DNA from: Hyphomicrobiales bacterium
Lineage (GTDB): Bacteria; Pseudomonadota; Alphaproteobacteria; Rhizobiales; JACESI01
Assembly: GCA_039964305.1 (NCBI GenBank)
Contig: JBDVXS010000103.1
Coordinates: 281 to 64,280 of the forward strand
Reading direction: 5' to 3'
Length of the DNA stretch: 64,000 nucleotides
Part shown: positions 29,154-38,547 of the stretch, piece after piece
Position numbering within the stretch: position 1 is the stretch's first letter
Layout of the letters: the number at the start of each line of letters is the position of its first letter
The notes under the pieces: generated by a model
The model's database searches: none
What the model saw: the letters and a program-made list of their open reading frames with translations, nothing else
Told to the model about the DNA's origin: nothing
Position numbers and translations under genes: made by a program

Positions 29154-30083
29154 ATGATGAAGATTCTTGAATTTAATGACCAAGGCCTACAAGTAGAGCG
29201 TGATTCAAACGCTGTGCGGCATATGGGTTCAAGTAGCCACCTAGCGCCTGCGCCTAATATCCGTGCTCGGACCCAACCGACATCAAACTCACCTTCTGAT
29301 ATTCAGTTGTTCATGTTCCAAACAGGAACACTTCGAACCAAAACTAAATATATCAAAATGAACCAAGGAGAGGAAGATTTCGAAATTCCAGTGCCGTGGT
29401 TCTTGATCAAGCACCCAAAGGGTAACGTTGTTATCGACGGTGGAAACGCTGTTGAGACTGCAATGGACAAACGCGGTCACTGGGGAGCTGTTGTTGATGC
29501 TTATGACCCAGTCATGAATGTCAAAGACAATTGCGTTGATCAATGTCGTTCAGTTGGTGTTGAGCCTGAAGATGTGAGCTATGTGATGCAATCGCATTTG
29601 CATCTCGATCATTCCGGTGCCATTGGCCGTTTTCGTAAGGCACAGCATATCGTTCAAAGAATTGAATATGATTATGCGTTTAACCCAGACTGGTTTTCTG
29701 CGGGTGCGTATATAAGAGCTGACTTTGATCGTCCGGGTCTTGATTGGAAGTTCTTGGGTGGTGAGTATACTGATAATTATGATCTCTATGGTGATGGCAC
29801 CATACGAATGATTTTCACGCCGGGTCATTCGCCTGGTCATCAGTCCTTTTTGATCACCCTTCCCAATACAGGGCCCGTGCTGCTTACGATTGATGCTGCC
29901 TACACCCTTGATCACTGGGAAGACAAAGCTCTTCCAGGTCTTGTATGTTCATCGGTAGATGCGGCTCGTTCTGTCGCAAAATTGCATAAAATTGCACAAG
30001 ATACCGGGGCTTTAGTCGTTACTGGCCATGATCCAGTGCATTGGAACACGTTTAGAAAAGCTCCACACAGTTTCTACGATTAA
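29154..30083 (+). CDS. attM: N-acyl-homoserine lactone/gamma-butyrolactone lactonase, AttM (BlcC) type (start uncertain)
   Basis: SHLHLDHSG (HxHxDH), TPGHSPGHQS, LTIDAAYTLDHW and TGHDP. N-terminal IKMNQG...EIPVPWFLI...VIDGGNA...RGHWG follows Agrobacterium AttM as recalled. Confidence 0.9.
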   Translation: MMKILEFNDQGLQVERDSNAVRHMGSSSHLAPAPNIRARTQPTSNSPSDIQLFMFQTGTLRTKTKYIKMNQGEEDFEIPVPWFLIKHPKGNVVIDGGNAVETAMDKRGHWGAVVDAYDPVMNVKDNCVDQCRSVGVEPEDVSYVMQSHLHLDHSGAIGRFRKAQHIVQRIEYDYAFNPDWFSAGAYIRADFDRPGLDWKFLGGEYTDNYDLYGDGTIRMIFTPGHSPGHQSFLITLPNTGPVLLTIDAAYTLDHWEDKALPGLVCSSVDAARSVAKLHKIAQDTGALVVTGHDPVHWNTFRKAPHSFYD

Positions 30084-30182
30084 GACCCTAAAGTGAGCCG
30101 GAGGAGCCTGGCTTGTGAAGCCTGTGCCGTAAATGGCGCAAGAAATACCAACCTAAAATTGACTAAAACTGAGGAGGAAGTA

Positions 30183-31352
30183 ATGAGAATTTTAAGAAAA
30201 TTAACGATGGCATTGAGCGGGTTAGCTCTGTGCGCGACTGGCGCGATAGCAGGAGGATTGGACGATATTGATCCAGAGGTGCGTGAGCGTCTTTATAATC
30301 CAGAAATGCTTGACCCAGCTCAGCCGATTGAAGCGAGCATTTACAAGGATTTTGTGGCTAAGAATCCGCCACCTTGGAAAATTGGATATGCAAGCTCATA
30401 TGCTGGCAACACTTGGCGTGCAGGTGCGATGTCGCAATTGCAAGACGTGATCATTCCTAAATGGAAAAAATTGGGCTTGATCTCTGAAGTTGTTGTGACC
30501 CAGTCAAACCTTAAAGATGCAACACAAATCCAACAAATGCGTCAACTTGTTGATCAAGGTGTCGATGCCGTCATCGTATGTTGCTCAAACCCAACTGCGC
30601 TCAACCAGACTGTTAAATATGCTTACGACAAGGGTGTTCCAACATTCTCACTCACTGGCTATTTGACATCAGAATATGCGGTTAATTCATCTGTAAACTA
30701 TCAGCTTGCAGGATTTGAAATCGGCAAATGGATGGCGAAGGAAATTGGCGGTAAAGGTAATGTGCTTGTTGTAGAGGGCATTCCTGGAACATCTGCTTCC
30801 GATAGTCAGGATCGCGGTGTTAAGGCTGGTCTGGCAACAGCAGAAGGCATTAATGTTGTTGGTTCAATCGCTGGCATGTGGACCGATCAGGTCGCTCAAG
30901 GTGAAGTGCAAAAATGGCTTTCAACACACCCAGGAAAACTAGACGGCGTTGTGGTTCAATCTGCCGCTGAAATGGGTGTATTGCGCGCGCTTGCTCAATC
31001 CGGTCGTGCTGACGTTCCAGTTGCAATCGGTGGTGAACTCGGTGCGTTGTGCCATTGGCGCAAAAACCCAGATTACATTTCTAGTGCGATCCAAACATGG
31101 CCGCCACAAGATGAGATGGAACTAATCTGGGACATCATGATGCGTACTTTGCAGGGTCAAGGTCCTAAAGTTCAATCTATCATGGTTGATCCTGTGACCG
31201 TAACTTTTGAAGATCTGAAAAATGTTATGGATGAAAGCTGCGATCCAAACACACCTAACTGGCTTCCAGTTGGTAAAGATCGTTGGGGTAGCTCTGCTTT
31301 CCTAGATGGCTTCTTCTACAAGCCTGCTGATCCAACAAAATACAAACGCTAA
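30183..31352 (+). CDS. ABC transporter periplasmic substrate-binding protein (sugar/CUT2 type)
   Basis: Signal peptide, QIQQMRQLVDQGVDAVIV and GKGNVLVVEGIPGTSAS. Strong GAGGAGG RBS. Confidence 0.9.
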   Translation: MRILRKLTMALSGLALCATGAIAGGLDDIDPEVRERLYNPEMLDPAQPIEASIYKDFVAKNPPPWKIGYASSYAGNTWRAGAMSQLQDVIIPKWKKLGLISEVVVTQSNLKDATQIQQMRQLVDQGVDAVIVCCSNPTALNQTVKYAYDKGVPTFSLTGYLTSEYAVNSSVNYQLAGFEIGKWMAKEIGGKGNVLVVEGIPGTSASDSQDRGVKAGLATAEGINVVGSIAGMWTDQVAQGEVQKWLSTHPGKLDGVVVQSAAEMGVLRALAQSGRADVPVAIGGELGALCHWRKNPDYISSAIQTWPPQDEMELIWDIMMRTLQGQGPKVQSIMVDPVTVTFEDLKNVMDESCDPNTPNWLPVGKDRWGSSAFLDGFFYKPADPTKYKR

Positions 31353-31363
31353 GTAAACGAAAA

Positions 31364-31390
31364 CCGGGCTGCCTGTGATGGGCAGTCCGG
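31364..31390 (+). other. Intercistronic stem-loop without a U-tract
   Basis: ccgggctgcct-gtgat-gggcagtccgg between the SBP and ATPase genes, a typical position for an mRNA-stabilising hairpin. Confidence 0.55.
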
Positions 31391-31408
31391 ATCGTATAAG
31401 GGTAAGTT

Positions 31409-33175
31409 TTGTCGCAATCTCAACCATCTCAGCCAGCTACATCCGTCGCGCAGAACACGATTTCTGTGGTCGATGTATACAAATTTTTTGGGCCGACACG
31501 CGCGCTCAATGGCTGTAGCTTCTCTGCACGGATGGGCGAAATACATGCCATCGTCGGCGGTAATGGTTGTGGTAAAAGCACAATGGCTAAGATCGTCTCT
31601 GGCGTATTACCCATTGATAAAGGACAAGTCTCCATCTTAGGAGAAACACCATCGACACCGGGTGAATCCCGAGCGATTGGTATCTCAACAGTTTACCAGG
31701 AAGTTCTTGTTGCCGACGAAAGTACAGTTGTCGATAACCTCTTCATGGGAACAGATGATCTGTTTTCTTCGACTTTACCATTCAATGAAAAAGTCCAGCG
31801 CGCTGCTAAAATGATGCGCGAATTGGCAGGGGAAGAAGTCGACCCCCATGCACTCGTAGGCACATTGCCACTTGGCATTAAACAATGGATTACTATCGGG
31901 CGAGGGCTCCTTCAAGTCCCCCGAATTCTCATTCTTGATGAATCATCAGCCGCTTTGGATTTTGATAGCACTGAACGGCTTTTTGATAAGATGCGAGAAC
32001 TAAGAGACGGTGGCACAACTGTTCTCATTGTGACGCACAGAATTGCAGAACTCATCCGCATATCAGACCGAGCGACCGTCCTGAGAGATGGCAAAGATGT
32101 TGGTGTTCTGGAGAAGGAAGAGATTACTGAAAAGAATTTGCTCGCTTTGATGACAGGCGAAGACCAAGACGACAATCATGCTGAATTTAAGGCCCCCATT
32201 CCAGTCGATGACAGCGTTGTCATGCAGGCTCACGGCCTTCAAATTTGGCCAGATGCTGAAAGCGTAGACTTCGAACTTCTAAAAGGTGAGATCGTAGGGA
32301 TCGCTGGTCTTGATGGCCAAGGACAAGATGAATTTGTGCGGGTTCTGGCTGGTGTGCAACTGGCAGAAAAAGGGCTTGTTTATTCATCCGACAATGCGGG
32401 GGTGTTTCATCCTATCCAGTCTCTTCGCGAAGCTGTGAAAGCTAAAATTGCCTATGTTTCTGGAGATCGGAAACGGGAAGGTATTTTCGCTTCACTAAGC
32501 ATCTTTGAAAACATGTCTATGCCACTTTATCGCGAGAAAACACGTGGTGGTTTTTTCGGGTTCATTGATTGGGTAAGCCTGAAAACAATTTTCACACGAG
32601 AGACTGAAAACTTACTTATTAAGTTTGGCCTTGCTGATGACAAGATCACGTCTCTTTCGGGTGGTAATCAGCAGAAAGTGCTTATTGGTCGTGGCTTCGC
32701 CATGCGACCTGATATTATCGTCTTGAATGACCCCGCGCGGGGCATCGATGTGGGGGCGAAGACTGAACTCTACAAACACCTAAGGACGTTTGCCGAATCT
32801 GGAAAATCTGTGATTTATTTATCTTCCGAATTGGAAGAATTTATCGGCTTCGCCACCCGCGTTATCGTTTTTCGAAACGGCAGTCCCTTTGATGCCTTTG
32901 CGGGGGAACAGGTTGAACAAAAACGTATTCTTGAAGCCATGTTCGGTCAAACAGATCGTCTTGGATTAAAGGGGCTTTCTTCTGAAGCCCTACAGCCGAA
33001 CTCGAGTGAAAACCCTCCTTTGCAGCCTCAAGATATTGAGAGCACAGACGTATCAAATCCAGATCAAGACAACGTTGTTTCATTTGCTACAGATGATACT
33101 GCAGCCACTAAACGACTAGACATCAAGATTGTCGAATTCGATGCTCACAAAAACAAAAAACGGTCAGCGCTATGA
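31409..33175 (+). CDS. Sugar-type ABC transporter ATP-binding protein (two fused NBDs)
   Basis: GGNGCGKS Walker A, LILDE, GDRKREG, LSGGNQQKV and DPARGIDVGAK. Confidence 0.92.
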   Translation: MSQSQPSQPATSVAQNTISVVDVYKFFGPTRALNGCSFSARMGEIHAIVGGNGCGKSTMAKIVSGVLPIDKGQVSILGETPSTPGESRAIGISTVYQEVLVADESTVVDNLFMGTDDLFSSTLPFNEKVQRAAKMMRELAGEEVDPHALVGTLPLGIKQWITIGRGLLQVPRILILDESSAALDFDSTERLFDKMRELRDGGTTVLIVTHRIAELIRISDRATVLRDGKDVGVLEKEEITEKNLLALMTGEDQDDNHAEFKAPIPVDDSVVMQAHGLQIWPDAESVDFELLKGEIVGIAGLDGQGQDEFVRVLAGVQLAEKGLVYSSDNAGVFHPIQSLREAVKAKIAYVSGDRKREGIFASLSIFENMSMPLYREKTRGGFFGFIDWVSLKTIFTRETENLLIKFGLADDKITSLSGGNQQKVLIGRGFAMRPDIIVLNDPARGIDVGAKTELYKHLRTFAESGKSVIYLSSELEEFIGFATRVIVFRNGSPFDAFAGEQVEQKRILEAMFGQTDRLGLKGLSSEALQPNSSENPPLQPQDIESTDVSNPDQDNVVSFATDDTAATKRLDIKIVEFDAHKNKKRSAL

Positions 33176-34584
33176 CCGATGTGACAGCAAGCACAATTCC
33201 AACTCAAGCTGAAAATGATGAAGTTAGCTCTGGCAGCGGAACAACGCCTTATTTGTTGATGCCAATTACCGTTCTGTTTGTGCTTTTGATCATTGCAGTC
33301 ATCAGATCTCCATCTCTCATGACAAGCTCAGGAATTGGCGCTGCAATTATTGTTTCAGCCCCTCTCATTCTTGCAACCTATGCTCTTATGACAAGCGTAA
33401 CGGCAGGCCGGGGCACTGTGGATTTAGCCATTGGCCCTCTAATCGGCTTCATCAATGTTTCTGTTATCCAGCTTACTGCCGCCGAGGTGATAGGGTCTCC
33501 AATCTCTGTTTTCATTTTTGCGATTGGCCTTGGCATTGCTTATCAAGTCTTGATGGCTGCGATTGTGATTTATGTACGGGTCCAACCAATAATCGTATCG
33601 CTCAGTGGCTTTCTAGCGCTATCAGGCATAAACCTTGTCATTCTGCCCCGACCTGGAGGCCTTGCACCTGAATGGATGCAAAGCTGGGGTGCAGGCATTG
33701 ATATTATTTCGCCTGTTTTGGTGATCCTTGTGGTGGCAACACTTGCATGGTTGCTTTTCACACAAACAGCTTTCTACACTCATTTGAGACTGATGGGATC
33801 AGATGAGAGGGCGGCCTATACCAGTGGCGTTCCAATCACGACCGTTCGTTTTGGCGCCCATGCGATTGCAGGCGTATTCGCCGGATTGTCAGCCATTACG
33901 TATACGGCTTTGATTAGCTCAGGAGATCCCAGCCAAGGAACGACCTACACACTCATTGCTGTAACAGCACTCGTACTAGGCGGCACTTCGCTCGCGGGCG
34001 GACGCGGCACGGTTATGGGGTCTTTATTTGGTGCGCTTAATCTATATTTGATTACCTATGTGCTTGCGACATTCAACTTTGGCGCTGTTCAAAGCTTTGT
34101 AACTGACCTTGCTTACGGCACAATCTTGGTTGTCTCTTTGCTGCTAACAATCGCTCTGCCGTTCATCCAACGGCACATCCGAAACTTCTCACCGTTACTC
34201 TATTTTGTTGTGCTGTCAGTTGTTGTCTTCGGTGTTATTTTGCATACGACATTTGATTACACGGCATTAGAGGCAGCGACAGATACGGCGAAGCAAGCAC
34301 TCCCTGCAATCAATTTTGCAGCGCCCCTTGAAGTGGTGCAACTGAGTGACAGTGACATTGAGTATAGCTCATTTGCACAACCGCTCATCTATGCAGCAAT
34401 TCTAATTATTGCGCTGCCAATTTTGTTGCGGGTGATTTTTTCGAACTCAGATTTTCGCAACATTGGACTTCTGGTCGCAATCTTCGTCACATCCATGCTG
34501 TTGATGTCAGGTTATTTTTTGACCCAAAATTCTGCTTCCTCCCAAGCACCATCCCTCCCAAGCTCCAATTCGGGAGCAAGCTAA
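33172..34584 (+). CDS. ABC transporter permease (RbsC-like) with C-terminal membrane extension
   Basis: VDLAIG, GSDERAAYTSGV and LVLGGTSLAGGRG. ATGA overlap with the ATPase gene. Confidence 0.88.
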   Translation: MTDVTASTIPTQAENDEVSSGSGTTPYLLMPITVLFVLLIIAVIRSPSLMTSSGIGAAIIVSAPLILATYALMTSVTAGRGTVDLAIGPLIGFINVSVIQLTAAEVIGSPISVFIFAIGLGIAYQVLMAAIVIYVRVQPIIVSLSGFLALSGINLVILPRPGGLAPEWMQSWGAGIDIISPVLVILVVATLAWLLFTQTAFYTHLRLMGSDERAAYTSGVPITTVRFGAHAIAGVFAGLSAITYTALISSGDPSQGTTYTLIAVTALVLGGTSLAGGRGTVMGSLFGALNLYLITYVLATFNFGAVQSFVTDLAYGTILVVSLLLTIALPFIQRHIRNFSPLLYFVVLSVVVFGVILHTTFDYTALEAATDTAKQALPAINFAAPLEVVQLSDSDIEYSSFAQPLIYAAILIIALPILLRVIFSNSDFRNIGLLVAIFVTSMLLMSGYFLTQNSASSQAPSLPSSNSGAS

Positions 34585-35964
34585 TTGAGTAATTCTGCAT
34601 CAACACATAAAACGGGCACTTTGCTAACACGCCTTATTGGTTTGGTTTTGGCACTAGGCATAACGGCGATCGGTGTGGTGGTTGGCTTGGTTCAAGGACA
34701 GCCTATCCAGCAAGTCATTTTGTTTGCTGTCGCAACCCTTGCTGGTTCGGCTTGGGCTTGGCAGTTTTTTGTCAAACAGTTTGATAGTCATGGCGACGAA
34801 AATCAGGAAACTGAGGGGCCAGGTGAACTTTACCAAGCATGGTTGAAGTATCGCTTAGGGTTTTTTGGATTTTTGATCTTAGCATTGTTATTTGTGACGC
34901 TTTCTCTGACCGTGGAAGGTTTCTTCAATATTTGGAACGTGATTTCAGCTCTCATCTTGTTGCTGATCATTGTTTTGACGATGACGGTTGGGAAATTTGT
35001 TTCTGAAAACAAAAGCGCATTTATCGGCTTGATGGTGTTGATCGGTCTGTTTTCAATTGGAGCGATGAACATCGAAGGGTTTTCATCAACTAACAATATC
35101 AAATCGATGTTGCTCTTTGCGTCATTTCTTGGCTTGGCATGTATCGGTCAAACACTTGTATCGCTGGTTGGTGGTCTCGATCTTTCAATCCCATTCGTTA
35201 TTGGTTCAGCCAATGTGGGGATGTTGTATCTCATCAGCCTCGGCGTTCCACCGTGGTTAGCACTCGTAATCACGTTGTTCGTTGGAATGCTTATTGGCTT
35301 GATAAATGGTTTTCTTAGCTTCCGCCTTCAGGGCCAAGCGCTCATTATGACGCTGGGAACTGGGTTCGCAGTTTCTGGGGGCATCCAAATAATCACGTCG
35401 ATTGGAACGGCCTATGGCGGCAATGTTTTTGCTACAGTTCCAAGCTGGCTTAGCAACTTAGCAGCCTTAAATGGATCATTTTTTGGAATTCCCATTCCAC
35501 CAGTAATCGCCATTTGGATCATCATCGCGGTAGTGCTGATCGTTGGTATGCGGCATACCGTTTTTGGCCGCTATCTATATGCACTCGGTGTAAACCGTAC
35601 GTCTGCAAAACGCGTGTCGATTTCAGAACGCATCTATTGGGTTTCCGTCTACACGCTCAGCGGATTTTTCTCAGCGCTAACGGGCATCTTTCTCCTTGGT
35701 TGGAGCGGCGGCGGTTTCATTGGCGTTGGGGATAGTTATTTGTTTATGACCCTTGCTGCCGTGGTTGTTGGTGGGACGTCCTTATTAGGTGGCATCGGTG
35801 GATACGGCTTCACTGTGATTGGCGTTTTGGTTCTTCAAGTCCTGACATCATTTTTGGTCGGCATCGGACTGAACCACGAATGGCAGCAATTTATCTTCGG
35901 ATTACTAATCCTCCCAATGGTCGCACTTTATGCGCGTTCCCCGCACATCAGAACCCAAATTTAG
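34585..35964 (+). CDS. ABC transporter permease (RbsC-like) with N-terminal membrane extension
   Basis: GQTLVSLVGGLDLS, FGRYLYALGVN and AAVVVGGTSLLGGIG. Confidence 0.88.
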   Translation: MSNSASTHKTGTLLTRLIGLVLALGITAIGVVVGLVQGQPIQQVILFAVATLAGSAWAWQFFVKQFDSHGDENQETEGPGELYQAWLKYRLGFFGFLILALLFVTLSLTVEGFFNIWNVISALILLLIIVLTMTVGKFVSENKSAFIGLMVLIGLFSIGAMNIEGFSSTNNIKSMLLFASFLGLACIGQTLVSLVGGLDLSIPFVIGSANVGMLYLISLGVPPWLALVITLFVGMLIGLINGFLSFRLQGQALIMTLGTGFAVSGGIQIITSIGTAYGGNVFATVPSWLSNLAALNGSFFGIPIPPVIAIWIIIAVVLIVGMRHTVFGRYLYALGVNRTSAKRVSISERIYWVSVYTLSGFFSALTGIFLLGWSGGGFIGVGDSYLFMTLAAVVVGGTSLLGGIGGYGFTVIGVLVLQVLTSFLVGIGLNHEWQQFIFGLLILPMVALYARSPHIRTQI

Positions 35965-36016
35965 AAAGCGACAAGCAATTGACACAAGAACAAGCCAAAT
36001 CAAGACAGGGGAAAAA

Positions 36017-36724
36017 ATGACCCATCCGGTTATGCAAACAATAGATCTTACAGGTGCGAGTTACTCTGCAGCCCTGTTGGGAATGGTAGCAACAACTGTA
36101 TTGCTTCTCATCGGCTCCGCTTGGGTGCGTGGTGGTTGGAAATTACCGGTCACTCTATGCGGTCTGGCAACTCTTGTTGGGGTGTTCGCACTCTATGAAT
36201 CGAAAGCTGTTTGGCTTTCAAGTTCACAGGTTCCACTGGTCTATCACTATGTAGGCTGGATCATATCCATGCCCCTACAGGTTATCGCACTCTTCTTCTT
36301 TGCCCGTCAGATGGGGCCAGTATCTTCTGCCCTGTTTTGGCGCTTATTGGTTGTCACTGTTTTGATGGTGCTGTTTCGTTATTTGGGAGAAGCTGGGTTC
36401 GTTCACGCAACGTTGGCATTCCTTATCGGCATTGTTTTCTGGCTATACATTCTCGGCGAGATATTTTTCGGACAAATGGAAGAGGCTGTAACAAAAAGCC
36501 TCAACGCGCCAGTACAGCGTGGGTATTTCTGGCTGCGGTTGATTGTGACTGTTGGTTGGGCCGTTTACCCATTGGCCAATTTCATCATCAGTTTTAGTGG
36601 TCATGTTGATACTGGCGGCATGAGCGTCGCTTACAACCTGACAGAATTTTTAAACAGAATAACGTTCGGGATCATCATTCTCTCAACGGCTGTTTTAGCC
36701 TCGAAAGGATCATCCGATGAATAA
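36017..36724 (+). CDS. Proteorhodopsin-family (type 1) opsin lacking the retinal-binding lysine
   Basis: 235 aa with seven hydrophobic helices co-linear with proteorhodopsin (PR): WKLPVTLCGL, PLVYHYVGWIISMPLQ (PR: PTVFRYIDWLLTVPL), YLGEAG, GWAVYP and YNLTEFLNRITFG (PR: YNLADFVNKILFG). Confidence 0.88.
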   Translation: MTHPVMQTIDLTGASYSAALLGMVATTVLLLIGSAWVRGGWKLPVTLCGLATLVGVFALYESKAVWLSSSQVPLVYHYVGWIISMPLQVIALFFFARQMGPVSSALFWRLLVVTVLMVLFRYLGEAGFVHATLAFLIGIVFWLYILGEIFFGQMEEAVTKSLNAPVQRGYFWLRLIVTVGWAVYPLANFIISFSGHVDTGGMSVAYNLTEFLNRITFGIIILSTAVLASKGSSDE

Positions 36725-36784
36725 TCTAATTCTTCTCAACCTCGAGCAAATCAATACACTGCCCTCTAATATGGAGTTACCAAA

Positions 36785-38482
36785 ATGAACGGTGCCAATA
36801 TCATTGCAATTATTATTCTGGCGGCGATCGTTATTGCGGTTCTTGCCTACCTTCTTCACTGGCTGTACCGCCACTCAACAAAGGATGTATCCTTTGTGCG
36901 AACCGGTTTTCTTGGTGAAAAAATCGTCATGGGTGGTGGCGCGTTAGTCCTACCAATCGTCCACGACCTTACCGAAGTAAACATGAATACACTGCGTCTG
37001 GAAGTAACAAGATCGCGGCAGAAATCATTGATTACTAAGGATCGGATGCGTATCGAGTTGGAAGTTGAATTCTACGTGCGTGTGATACCGACAATTGAAG
37101 CTGTCTCAACAGCCGCACGTACCCTTGGCAATAGAACAACAAATCCAGAAAGCTTGCGCGATCTCATTCAAGGCCGCTTTGTCGATGCTATGGGCGCCGT
37201 TGCTGCGTCGATGGCTATGGAGGAAATACACGAGAACCGGTCTGCCTTTATCAAGAAAATTAAAGAGGAAGTGGCCGACAACCTCACGCTCAATGGGCTT
37301 GAACTAGAAACCATCTCTCTAACAACATTGGATCAAGCTGATATTTCGCTTTTCAATCCTTCAAATGCGTTTGACGCGGAAGGTCTTACACGTCTGACAG
37401 AAGAGATCGAGAAGCGTAAGAAAAAGCGTAATGACATTGAACAAGATACGATGATCGCGGTTCGCAAGAAGAACCTTGAAGCTGAGAAGATGGCTTTGGA
37501 TATCGAACGGGAAAGTGAATACGCGAAATTGGCCGAAGATAGCGAAGTGGCCATTCGTAGAGCTGAGCAAAAAGCTGAAGTAGAGCTCATGAACGCGGCA
37601 AAAGAACGCGAAATTGAAATTGCCCGTTTGAAGGAACGCGAAGAGGTGGAAACCAGCCGCATCCAAATGGAGCAATCACTTGAAACAATCGAAATCAAGC
37701 GACAGGAAAATCTGGCGCTAGAGGAACAAGCACGCGAAATTGCAATTTCAGAAAAATCTAAAAAACGTTCCCTTGCACAATCTGAAGCGGAAAAAGCCCG
37801 TGGTAAAATGCTGGAAGAGAGCGAGAAGGCGCAAACAGTGCGTGATACCGAAATTGCAAATCGACGCAAACAGGTTGAGCTGATCGAAGCTGCAAAAGAA
37901 GCCGAACGCGGTGCAATTGTTACCAAGGTGAATGCTGAGGCTGAAAAAACCGCAGCCAAAGATCTGGCTGAAGCGGATGGAATTGCCGTTAAAGCTCTCA
38001 AAGAACGCCTTGCAATTGAAGCCGACGGGAAACGGGCGCTCAATGAAGCTGAAAACCTGCGCACGGACGCTAGTCGCAAATCTGCTCTCCATCAAAAATT
38101 GGTCGAGAACCTTCCTGAAATCATCCGCGAGAGCGTCAAACCAATGGAGAATATCGATGAAATCAAAATTCTTCATGTTGAAGGCCTTCCAGGTTTAGCA
38201 GCAGGCAATTCAGATGGCTCTTCAGCTGGTGATGGGCAAGGCAAATCAGGTGATGGAAACCTTGCCGATCAAGTCGTGAATTCCGCATTGCGATATCGCT
38301 CGCAGGCTCCCTTTGTCGATACATTGCTAGGAGAGATCGGAATGAGCGGAGAAAACGTGCATCGTATGGAAGGTCTGCAAGACTTGTCTAAGATCGTTTA
38401 CACCGAGCCTGGCGCTGCTGAAACATCCAGTAAGCCCAAAGCTGCTTCGCCCAAAACAGCGGCAACAAAGCCCAAAAAATAA
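36785..38482 (+). CDS. Flotillin/SPFH-family protein (YqiK-like)
   Basis: N-terminal TM, FVRTG...GGALVLPIVH, LITKDRMR SPFH core, FNPSNAFDAEGLT, long AEA-rich coiled coil, and C-terminal LPEIIRESVKPMENIDEIKIL and SALRYRSQAP. Confidence 0.92.
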   Translation: MNGANIIAIIILAAIVIAVLAYLLHWLYRHSTKDVSFVRTGFLGEKIVMGGGALVLPIVHDLTEVNMNTLRLEVTRSRQKSLITKDRMRIELEVEFYVRVIPTIEAVSTAARTLGNRTTNPESLRDLIQGRFVDAMGAVAASMAMEEIHENRSAFIKKIKEEVADNLTLNGLELETISLTTLDQADISLFNPSNAFDAEGLTRLTEEIEKRKKKRNDIEQDTMIAVRKKNLEAEKMALDIERESEYAKLAEDSEVAIRRAEQKAEVELMNAAKEREIEIARLKEREEVETSRIQMEQSLETIEIKRQENLALEEQAREIAISEKSKKRSLAQSEAEKARGKMLEESEKAQTVRDTEIANRRKQVELIEAAKEAERGAIVTKVNAEAEKTAAKDLAEADGIAVKALKERLAIEADGKRALNEAENLRTDASRKSALHQKLVENLPEIIRESVKPMENIDEIKILHVEGLPGLAAGNSDGSSAGDGQGKSGDGNLADQVVNSALRYRSQAPFVDTLLGEIGMSGENVHRMEGLQDLSKIVYTEPGAAETSSKPKAASPKTAATKPKK

Positions 38483-38547
38483 GAACGCAGTCAGTGATAG
38501 CTTTGGCGCTATCACGCCAGTCTTGATAGAATTTAAAGGAGGCTTTC

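Noticed and set aside
36017..36724. Calling the opsin a functional light-driven proton pump
   Set aside because: The Schiff-base Lys, proton acceptor and proton donor are all substituted, and no retinal synthesis genes are in the window.
37333..38079. 248-aa Ser/Arg-rich antisense ORF
   Set aside because: Shadow of the flotillin coiled-coil region.
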